Part shown: positions 54,284 to 62,326 of the stretch, in pieces
Layout of the letters: every line of letters begins with the position of its first letter
How positions within the stretch are numbered: position 1 is the stretch's first letter
Source: Bdellovibrionales bacterium
GTDB lineage: Bacteria > Bdellovibrionota > Bacteriovoracia > Bacteriovoracales > Bacteriovoracaceae
NCBI GenBank assembly: GCA_018646675.1
Contig: JABGUH010000039.1
Location: 3,833-67,832 of the forward strand
Length of the DNA stretch: 64,000 nt
Reading direction: 5' to 3'
The notes under the pieces: generated by a model
Databases searched by the model: none
What the model saw: only the letters and a program-made list of their open reading frames with translations
Told to the model about the DNA's origin: nothing
Made by a program: the position numbers and the translations under genes

Positions 54284-55694
54284 AATGATGGTCAAAAATA
54301 AATACCGTATATTAATTATTGATGATGATCCCAATATTCGTATTCTGATAAAAAAAAGATTAGAGGCGCTGGACTGTGAGTCATTTGAAGCTGACAACGT
54401 CGCAAGTGGAAAGATGAAAACTCAATCTATTATCCCACATCTTATTTTTCTAGATATAAATTTAAGCGACTCAGATGGATTCAACTATTTGGCCTGGAAG
54501 CGAGAAATTCCTTCGCTCCAAAACTGTGCAGTTATCATGATCAGTGCCGACTCTTTTAGCAAGAACATCAAACACTCATTGGCCCTAGGTGCCAATGACT
54601 TTATCGCCAAACCTTTTGTTGCCCAAGCTATGGTCAACAAAGTAAAAAAAATCCTATCACAAAGGAAGAAGTATGAGGTTTGCATCACGCCTCCAATAGC
54701 TACCAGCTGTTTGGTGGAAGCCACTCCACTTAACAACACACCCCATACAATTGTCTTAGATTCATCTATAAGACTGGCAAAAAGCGAGAGAGTCACAATC
54801 AGGCCAGACCGTTTTGGTAAACATTACCGTCGAATGGGTCACTCCATTCCCTTGGAGAGAAGCGTTGAAAGGTGCACCCTAACACGCCACGGCGATGACC
54901 CAGGCTTTATCGACCATCCAGATTCAAGACAAATCCAGGGCATGGAAAGTATCTTAATGAGACTCCACCCCAAGATCTATTTATTAGATGACGATCAAAA
55001 CTTTACTGCACTAATAAAAAAATTATTTATAGAGATCGGCATTAAAATCATTGTTTTTAACAATGCTAATAACTTCTTGGAGAATACATTACAAAACAAT
55101 CCCAACTTATGCATCGTCGATCTATCAATTAAAGAGCTAAATGATTCCTTTACAATGATTGAAGAATTAAAAAGGTTAAGGCCAGAGCTCCCACTAATTA
55201 TTGCAACAGGAAATACTGATGGTGCGGCCACCGCTCATGCGCTAGACTTGGGAGCCTCTGACTTTATCTATAAACCGATAAAGCACAATACGATGATCCA
55301 AAAAATTTCAGATACACTTGCAGAAAGCAAAGTTACCTCAATGCTTAACATGTCTGGCTCAAAACTAGACATTAATATTGAACAGCTTGAACTATCTGTT
55401 CAGCTGACCAAGCTAGATAATCGAGGAATCTACTTTACCTCACGCTCCCTCTTTAAAAAATGGAGTGAGATTACGCTAGAATCAAATGAATTCAATGCTT
55501 CTACTCAAAAAACGAGTATCAATTTGGTCGTCACCAGTGTGATATATGATCGAGCAACAGATCAATATCAAAATTATGGTGTCTTCAAAGAGATGAATAC
55601 TCGAATAATTTCCAAACTACTCGATCACTTCCTATCCCGCCAAGGCCAAGTATTACAGAAGGTAAATTCAACTCAAACGCATTGCATATATTAA
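54276..55694 (+). CDS. Dual-receiver protein (REC, unknown ~110 aa, REC, unknown ~130-aa C-terminal domain)
   Basis: REC1 has RILIIDDDPN, the acceptor Asp in LIFLDINLSDSDG, and FIAKPF. REC2 has IYLLDDDQN, CIVDLSI, IIATGNT and FIYKPI. The inter-REC and C-terminal segments have no motif I recognise and lack a clear PilZ RxxxR. The start is GTG 54276 or ATG 54285. Confidence 0.68.
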   Translation: MSKMMVKNKYRILIIDDDPNIRILIKKRLEALDCESFEADNVASGKMKTQSIIPHLIFLDINLSDSDGFNYLAWKREIPSLQNCAVIMISADSFSKNIKHSLALGANDFIAKPFVAQAMVNKVKKILSQRKKYEVCITPPIATSCLVEATPLNNTPHTIVLDSSIRLAKSERVTIRPDRFGKHYRRMGHSIPLERSVERCTLTRHGDDPGFIDHPDSRQIQGMESILMRLHPKIYLLDDDQNFTALIKKLFIEIGIKIIVFNNANNFLENTLQNNPNLCIVDLSIKELNDSFTMIEELKRLRPELPLIIATGNTDGAATAHALDLGASDFIYKPIKHNTMIQKISDTLAESKVTSMLNMSGSKLDINIEQLELSVQLTKLDNRGIYFTSRSLFKKWSEITLESNEFNASTQKTSINLVVTSVIYDRATDQYQNYGVFKEMNTRIISKLLDHFLSRQGQVLQKVNSTQTHCIY

Positions 55695-56187
55695 AGATGA
55701 TCCCAACGCGCAGATGATTACCAAGTTGGGCCAGAGGTAGGTGGAGGTTTTGAAAGGGGGATCTTGATCAAAAATCCTTAGGATATTATGTTTTAAAACA
55801 CTTCCTCAACAGCAAGTACACTAATACACATGGACTTTTGTTACCACCCACGATCAAAGCTGATGACAGTTAATGGGAAAATTAACCGTAACAAGTCAGC
55901 TCTACCTATCGCCGACTGTTCTCTGAAAATTTAACAGACATGTCACAGAATAAAACATTACACATATCACGTTAATTCTTCTTACCATTCTCTTTATGGT
56001 ATCTTAGTGTGCTTTTTGAGTGACTTTCGTTTCTGTTATGAAGAGTTAAAAGATAACGCTCTTAAGAAATTATTTCAGAGGTTGTGGCGCACAACGCCGT
56101 CACGGCCCTATAATTGCGGCACAGAATTCTATCGTCTACTATCCACTATCAATATTTTTGGTGGTCAGAGTTTTCTTGGAGATTGTA

Positions 56188-56934
56188 ATGGTAAGCAGGA
56201 TATTAACTATCGCTTTAAGCATAATTATTTTTTTACTCTTTCTTGGTTGTGGAGAAAAATTTACCTCGACAACCCCTTGGGATGACCTCTCACTACGAGA
56301 TCATATTTCACAGGATCAAGTAATAGCTGAGTTAGAGCGTCTCGAAGGGCTAACCAACCACTACCCTCGTGGTGAGGCGTTGAAAAACTATATATATGAG
56401 GAAAATGTTCTCAAATCCGAAGATGATAGCTTCTCGATCTCACTATATCTGGCGGCCGGCGTACAGTACTTTACACTCAAAGATCAAAGCGGCGCAACAG
56501 AGGTTGCCCCTTCAAAAGAAGAGCTATACAGCGGCCATTGGGTTGTTCGGCAGGATAGTCGAAAAACACCTTTTATCCTACTAGAGTTTTTTAATGGCGA
56601 AGAGGGTCGTCTAACCACGCTTGATCAAAATATGGAGCACTTTAACTATAATGACCATTTAGTAAAAATTGTTAAGGTTGAAGCTCCAGAGCTGTTAGAA
56701 ATTAAAGTTAGACAGTGTCGAATGATCGTAAAAAATGCTGGCAAGAAGTTAAATGAACTAATGCAGATGACAATCGAGGATACTATCGAGCAGGGGATTG
56801 ATCTTGAAGCTTGTACCTCGCTATGTAAAGAGATCATTGATCAAGCAAGTTCAGCCGATATTGTCTCCTCTTCCCAGTGTCGTCCTATTTCAAAGGCATA
56901 TCGTAAAAAAATCAAGGCATGTAAGACAAATTAG
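56188..56934 (+). CDS. Hypothetical lipoprotein
   Basis: The ATG at 56188, 6 nt after GGAG, gives MVSRILTIALSIIIFLLFLGC (lipobox L-F-L-G-C). About 225 mature residues. No family recognised. Confidence 0.5.
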   Translation: MVSRILTIALSIIIFLLFLGCGEKFTSTTPWDDLSLRDHISQDQVIAELERLEGLTNHYPRGEALKNYIYEENVLKSEDDSFSISLYLAAGVQYFTLKDQSGATEVAPSKEELYSGHWVVRQDSRKTPFILLEFFNGEEGRLTTLDQNMEHFNYNDHLVKIVKVEAPELLEIKVRQCRMIVKNAGKKLNELMQMTIEDTIEQGIDLEACTSLCKEIIDQASSADIVSSSQCRPISKAYRKKIKACKTN

Positions 56935-57008
56935 AGAATCAAATCATCATTAACTGCTTTATGGAGTCTAGTGATTTTTTGATCACAAATAATTACAGGA
57001 GTAGAGTT

Positions 57009-58301
57009 ATGAAAAAAATAGTTGGATTGCTGGCACTCTGTATCTTTTCACAAAGTGGACAGTTATTAGCAACTAATGGCATGTCTCCCATTGGGATTGG
57101 TGCACAAGCGAAAGCGATGGCCGGAGCCGGTATCGCTTTAAGTGAGAGCTCTTTGATTGGTGGGTATAACCCCGCTGGGATTGCAAGGGTTGGACGACGT
57201 TTTGACTCAAGCCTCTCTCTTTTCAACCCCACTCGCTCCTATCATAGTGAATCACAAAATATTAAACCTTTTGCAGAAGAGAAGAAAAGTAAGAACCCAC
57301 TCTTTCTTATCCCATCGATCGGCCATGTTCAACCAATCGGCACCCACTCCGCATGGGGAATCACCATGTATGCCAAAGGAGGAGGAGGAGTTGCCTATGA
57401 TAATACGGCAACTTTTTCGGGAATCGGCCAGGCACTAGTTAATAATGGACACGGGGAGGGAGTTTGGACAACTTCTGAAGTACAGCAAGTTGGACTAGCA
57501 CTAAACTATGCAATCAATCTAAACGATCAGCACTCAATTGGCTTCGGTCCCGTTTTAGGTTTTCAGCGCTTCAATATAACTGGTATTGGATATTTCAAGG
57601 AGATTAGCACTGATCCAGATAATTTAACTGACAATGGTTGGGATAACTCTGGCGGCATTGGCGGTGCGATTGGCTGGCAAGGGCGTCTTACCAGCAATAT
57701 AACCCTGGGTGCAGCTTACCACAGCAAGTTGATCATGACCAAATTCAGCAAATACCGCGGACTGTTCGCAGGTGGTAAGATGGATATTCCCGCACAGTAT
57801 ATTGTCGGCGCAACAGTACGTCCGACAGAGCGCTGGCAGTTATCTGTTGACTATCAAGTAATCGAGTACTCTAAAGTTCCGGCGCTGGCAAATCCCCATG
57901 AGGAATCCATGGCCCAGGCAGTTAATTCATCTACTTTTAAACGTATTTTAGGAGCGGACGATGGGCCAGGTTTTGGCTGGGATGATGTAAAGATTCTAAA
58001 AATAGGAAGTAGTTATCGAATAACCCCGACGACGACAGTTCGCACCGGATATAGTGTTGGCAATAGTCCCATTAAAGGTGAGGATGTGCTGTTTAATATC
58101 CTAGCACCGGCAGTTACCGAAGAACACCTCTCAATCGGTCTTTCATACCGTTGGAGCGATGATTATCAGTTTAACCTTGCCTATATTCGCACTTTAGAAA
58201 ACAGGGTAACAGGTACTAATACCAATAATTTTGTTGATCAGGACCTGACACTGGCGATGGATCAACACGACCTAGAGTTAGGATTTTCGATGCTATTTTA
58301 A
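57009..58301 (+). CDS. FadL/TodX/OmpP1-family outer-membrane transporter for hydrophobic compounds
   Basis: The ATG at 57009, after AGGAG, gives MKKIVGLLALCIFSQSGQLLA (signal peptide). The family-typical start is TNGMSPIGIGAQAKAMAGAGIA. The body has alternating beta-strand character and ends in a C-terminal Phe (ELGFSMLF). Confidence 0.72.
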   Translation: MKKIVGLLALCIFSQSGQLLATNGMSPIGIGAQAKAMAGAGIALSESSLIGGYNPAGIARVGRRFDSSLSLFNPTRSYHSESQNIKPFAEEKKSKNPLFLIPSIGHVQPIGTHSAWGITMYAKGGGGVAYDNTATFSGIGQALVNNGHGEGVWTTSEVQQVGLALNYAINLNDQHSIGFGPVLGFQRFNITGIGYFKEISTDPDNLTDNGWDNSGGIGGAIGWQGRLTSNITLGAAYHSKLIMTKFSKYRGLFAGGKMDIPAQYIVGATVRPTERWQLSVDYQVIEYSKVPALANPHEESMAQAVNSSTFKRILGADDGPGFGWDDVKILKIGSSYRITPTTTVRTGYSVGNSPIKGEDVLFNILAPAVTEEHLSIGLSYRWSDDYQFNLAYIRTLENRVTGTNTNNFVDQDLTLAMDQHDLELGFSMLF

Positions 58302-58358
58302 TTTGAATGTTTAATATATTTATCAATTGCAAATAGTATTTTTGCAAAAGGAGATGTG

Positions 58359-58856
58359 ATGAAAAAATTAGGTGTTGTGTTAGTTACATTGTTATTAACA
58401 TTTTCGGCCAGTGCATCAGTATTGATGACCTCCGAATGGGCAGAGGAGTTATGCGAAGAGTGGAACTATAGTGAGGTATTAACCGAAAATCTAGACAGCT
58501 GGATGGATAACAACCTGGAGCGTGGTTACAAAGTGATGATGATGAGCCGATCTGATTGTCCAACAAGCGAATTAGTTCAATTAACATTAAAAAGAGTTGA
58601 TGGCTTAACTTGGTGTACAGCCGGTGGCGCCGGTACTGCCAATGCAAATCCCAAAGCGGACTATATAATGACCGCTACAACTAAAAACTGGCTTAAAATG
58701 GGCAGTGGTGAAGTAGGTCCTGCTATGGCGATGATTACAGGCCGTCTAAAGTTTAAAGGGCCAAAAGGTGAAGCGATGAGAAACATGGGGCCATTTAAGA
58801 GCTTTATGCTACTAATCGGAGCTTTTGAGTCAGATGCTTCTGTTTGTCCTCAATAG
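58359..58856 (+). CDS. Secreted SCP2 (sterol-carrier-protein-2-like) lipid-binding domain protein
   Basis: Signal peptide is MKKLGVVLVTLLLTFSASA. The C-terminal SCP2-type segment is MAMITGRLKFKGPKGEAMRNMGPFKSF. About 145 mature residues. Confidence 0.58.
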   Translation: MKKLGVVLVTLLLTFSASASVLMTSEWAEELCEEWNYSEVLTENLDSWMDNNLERGYKVMMMSRSDCPTSELVQLTLKRVDGLTWCTAGGAGTANANPKADYIMTATTKNWLKMGSGEVGPAMAMITGRLKFKGPKGEAMRNMGPFKSFMLLIGAFESDASVCPQ

Positions 58857-58901
58857 TTAGAATTGTTTTTAGCGCATATATTAGTTATGTAAAGTCTTTA
58901 C

Positions 58902-58934
58902 CACCAGGGGATTTGCCATTACCATCCCCTGGTG
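58902..58934. other. Perfect 11-bp inverted repeat / hairpin downstream of the SCP2-like gene
   Basis: CACCAGGGGAT-ttgccattacc-ATCCCCTGGTG, 46 nt after the stop at 58856. No T-run follows on the + strand (CTGTTCAAAAAAGG). It could be a weak terminator or a protein-binding palindrome. Confidence 0.35.
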
Positions 58935-59190
58935 CTGTTCAAAAAAGGTCCTACCCACCTATTAAAGTTGTGGGCCGATTCAGTCAACAATTAAAGTTTA
59001 TCCATAAGTTACCGATTAATATAGAGACTACATAAAGGATGGTAATAATCATAATTATCTAGGAGGAGCACGTTACTGCCCAGCCTAGAGAGCACCTACT
59101 ACCAATTACCATCTCTTATTATGAATAGTAGAAAGTGACTTAGTGCTTTAAGCTCGTAACATACAGGTTATTACTTGAGGTAAATAGCTA

Positions 59191-61857
59191 ATGCAGGAAA
59201 AGACCTATAGTGCATTACAAAAGAAGATATTTGAATCTGCCACTGTTGCTCTAATTATATTTATCTTATGCTTTACAGCATGGCAATCATATCAAACTGC
59301 TTATAAACATCATCAAACAGCATTAAAAAATAGTATTCAAACCGTTCTGGATACATCTATCGAATCACTGACTAGTTGGATTAACAGTAAGAAGAATAGT
59401 GTTCACATTTGGGCACAAACAGAACGAATTAAAGAAGACGCCGAAATGCTTTTGCCACTGATTAATCAAAGTCGAAATGCACTTGAAGATTCAAAGCATC
59501 AAAACCATATACGTGAGTGGTTAACCCCTATCATCAGCGGTGGGATATTTGAAAATTATTTTATCGTTTCCCATACAAGCAATATAATTTTAAGCTCAAA
59601 CATAACCACTGGTTTGATCGGCACTCAATCAAAAAGCTATGACATAGATAACTTCCTTCCCAAAATATGGAAGGGGGCACTGGTAATGACTCACCCCTTT
59701 GAGGCTCATATTTCCCTACAACATGGAGATCGCACCAGACGCATGAAGCGGGCAGTTATGTTTGTAGGTGCCCCTATTTATAATCAGTCTAAGGAGGTAA
59801 TTGCCGCCCTAATTTTTCAAATCAACCCATTCTATGAGTTTGTAAATATTTTCAAGAGTGGGCGCATAGGAGTAAGTGGTGAAACCTACGCTTTTAACCA
59901 TCAGGGCCTATTACTCACTGATAGTCATTTTAACCAAAAAACTCAAAGATCAAGTATCGTAAAAACCTATATTAAAATACCTCAAAGCGGCCAGTTTACC
60001 CAGATGGCCAAACAAGCCATCCAAAAAAAGGACGGTTATAATTTAGATGGATATCCTGACTATCGAGGGATCAACGTTGTCGGCGCCTGGCGCTGGGAGC
60101 CAGAACTTAATATGGCCATCACAACAGAGATTGATCAGCAAGAGGCATTTACGCCTTTAAAACCAACTCGAAATATAATAATAGTACTGGTATCCATAAG
60201 CACTCTGCTACTAATTATACTTTTTATAATATTCATAAAGATTAAATCGCAGTTAGAGGAGAAGGTCCGCGAAAAAATATTAAAATTATCTGAAGCAGAT
60301 CGATCCAAGAGTGAATTCCTGGCAAACATGAGCCATGAGATTCGCACTCCAATGAACGCTATTATTGGCCTGTCAGAACTTGTACTAAGGACAAAATTAG
60401 ATGATCTACAGAGAAACTATATCAGTAAAACTTATCTTTCTGCAAAAAATCTTCTCAGTATCATCAATGACATACTTGACCTCTCAAAGATAGAAGCGGG
60501 GAAAATTGAATTAGAGGAGGTAGATTTTAACCTTGAGAATATACTGAATCATTTAGCGACTCTTATTGGGTTTAAGGCTGATGAAAAAAATATTGAACTA
60601 ATCTTTGATATCAGTCCCAATCTCCATACGGCACTGATTGGTGATCCCTTACGACTTGGCCAAATACTTACCAATTTATGTAGTAACGCAACTAAATTTA
60701 CCCCACAAAATAGTGAGATCATAGTTGCAGTTAAAGTCAAAAGTGAGGACAAGCAAAACATTACCCTGCAATTCTCGGTCACCGATAATGGTGCCGGAAT
60801 CTCCGAAGAAGATATCTCAACGCTCTTCAAAAAATTTACTCAAGTTGACACTTCAATATCACAAAATCATGAGGGTACAGGATTAGGACTTGTCATCTGC
60901 AAAAACTTAGTCGAATTGATGAACGGTGAAATTTGGGTTGAGAGTCAACTCGGTAAAGGCAGCTCATTTCACTTCACAGTGACACTTGCTAAACACTCTG
61001 ATCTATCTGCGCAGCAAGATGCCAGCAATTCCAAGTTTAAAATTGGCCATGTTTTAGTCGTTGATGATAACGCGACCTCTCGTAAAATTTTAGAACAGAT
61101 AATAGTTAGCTTTGGTTTGCGAGTTGAACACGCTATTTCAGGAAAAAATGCCATCTCAATTTTAGAAAAAGTAGATCACTCCGACCCCTTTGATCTAATT
61201 CTAATGGATTGGAAAATGCCTGAAATGGATGGGATTAAAACGACTCACTATATTCAACACAGTATGAATATAAAAAATAAACCGATGGTTATCATGGTAA
61301 CAGCTCACTCTATCGAAATGGCACGAAAAGCTGCACTTGATGTTGAATTGAGTGATTTCCTTGTTAAACCAGTCACTCCTTCCATATTACTTAATACGAT
61401 CGTTAAAACAACTGACTCAGGTGGGATCGCCAAAGTTGACCGATCATTAAAACACCCCGAAGTTACTATTGATGAACAGAAACTCTCCGGTGCTAGAATC
61501 TTAGTAGTGGAAGATGATGAGATCAACCGTGAATTAATGGTTGATCTGCTCAAGAGCAGCGGGCTGATTGTCACTACTGCTAAAAATGGCAAAGATGCCT
61601 TAGAGAAACTTACGCAGGAGAGGATTGATGGAGTCCTGATGGATTGCCAGATGCCTATAATGGATGGCTACAAAGCGACTAGAGCGATTCGCCAACAGGA
61701 AAAGTATAAGGCATTACCTATCATCGCATTAACCGCCAATGCAATGACTGGTGATAAAGCGAAGGTATTAGCAGTAGGCATGAACGACTACATTAGCAAA
61801 CCAGTAGATGTGGCCAACATGTTTAAAATTATGGCCAAGTGGATAAGTCCCCAATAG
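59191..61857 (+). CDS. Hybrid sensor histidine kinase (dCache-like periplasmic domain, HisKA, HATPase, two receiver domains)
   Basis: 888 aa. Two TM helices flank a ~300-aa periplasmic region with Cache-like features ([40 protein letters not shown]). The kinase core has H-box [12 protein letters not shown]-box [13 protein letters not shown]1 DNGAGIS and G2 GTGLGL. REC1 is VLVVDDN...[16 protein letters not shown]2 is [11 protein letters not shown]...[12 protein letters not shown]...ALTANA. No internal Hpt domain. Confidence 0.88.
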   Translation: MQEKTYSALQKKIFESATVALIIFILCFTAWQSYQTAYKHHQTALKNSIQTVLDTSIESLTSWINSKKNSVHIWAQTERIKEDAEMLLPLINQSRNALEDSKHQNHIREWLTPIISGGIFENYFIVSHTSNIILSSNITTGLIGTQSKSYDIDNFLPKIWKGALVMTHPFEAHISLQHGDRTRRMKRAVMFVGAPIYNQSKEVIAALIFQINPFYEFVNIFKSGRIGVSGETYAFNHQGLLLTDSHFNQKTQRSSIVKTYIKIPQSGQFTQMAKQAIQKKDGYNLDGYPDYRGINVVGAWRWEPELNMAITTEIDQQEAFTPLKPTRNIIIVLVSISTLLLIILFIIFIKIKSQLEEKVREKILKLSEADRSKSEFLANMSHEIRTPMNAIIGLSELVLRTKLDDLQRNYISKTYLSAKNLLSIINDILDLSKIEAGKIELEEVDFNLENILNHLATLIGFKADEKNIELIFDISPNLHTALIGDPLRLGQILTNLCSNATKFTPQNSEIIVAVKVKSEDKQNITLQFSVTDNGAGISEEDISTLFKKFTQVDTSISQNHEGTGLGLVICKNLVELMNGEIWVESQLGKGSSFHFTVTLAKHSDLSAQQDASNSKFKIGHVLVVDDNATSRKILEQIIVSFGLRVEHAISGKNAISILEKVDHSDPFDLILMDWKMPEMDGIKTTHYIQHSMNIKNKPMVIMVTAHSIEMARKAALDVELSDFLVKPVTPSILLNTIVKTTDSGGIAKVDRSLKHPEVTIDEQKLSGARILVVEDDEINRELMVDLLKSSGLIVTTAKNGKDALEKLTQERIDGVLMDCQMPIMDGYKATRAIRQQEKYKALPIIALTANAMTGDKAKVLAVGMNDYISKPVDVANMFKIMAKWISPQ

Positions 61858-61858
61858 A

Positions 61859-62323
61859 TTAGATAGACTGGCCCAAAGTGTGAATCATCTTTAAATTGCT
61901 ATTTTTAGGAATGCAGGCTGCGGGGTCTAGCGATCTAAAGATATTGAGATCGACCCCTCTTAATTTCTCTCCACGCAGGTGGAGGATCAGGGCCCCTTTG
62001 TCATTGGTCTCTAGCCCCTTCCAACTTTTTTTAAATACTATAGAGCAACTTCTTCTCTCAAGATTAAGCAGCAACCTTGGAACTTTGGAAAAACTAGCAT
62101 CACGATAGGAGTGGGTCCTATAGCTACAGCTTCCAATCGAAGTTTTACCCTTGTAGAGGCGATACTCAAGATCTAGATTAGGGCCTAAAATGACCTTGGC
62201 CTTTAATTGCTTATCCTTCAAGCTAATCTGACACTCTAGCAGAGTGGAGATCTGCCCTGAGAATGCAACAGGGTGTAGAATGCTCAACACTAACACTATC
62301 AAAATACTATTTTTAGTTACCAC
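61859..62323 (-). CDS. Hypothetical small secreted protein, co-transcribed with the PAD homologue
   Basis: 154 aa with signal peptide MVTKNSILIVLVLSILHPVAFS and four Cys. It starts 3 nt after the stop of the upstream PAD-like gene. No family recognised. Confidence 0.5.
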   Translation of the reverse strand: MVTKNSILIVLVLSILHPVAFSGQISTLLECQISLKDKQLKAKVILGPNLDLEYRLYKGKTSIGSCSYRTHSYRDASFSKVPRLLLNLERRSCSIVFKKSWKGLETNDKGALILHLRGEKLRGVDLNIFRSLDPAACIPKNSNLKMIHTLGQSI

Positions 62324-62326
62324 CCT

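Noticed and set aside
55695-56187. ~490-nt gap searched for a tRNA, sRNA or mobile-element remnant; it also contains the 92-aa ORF at 56007-56285
   Set aside because: I saw no tRNA-like T-loop or acceptor pattern, no convincing hairpin and no repeats. The 92-aa ORF has no RBS or signal and overlaps the better-supported lipoprotein gene. I treat the gap as an AT-rich promoter region.
58844-59035. 63-aa + strand ORF downstream of the SCP2-like gene
   Set aside because: It starts inside the preceding gene, spans the 11-bp palindrome and has no RBS. The region more likely holds a terminator and the hybrid-kinase promoter.
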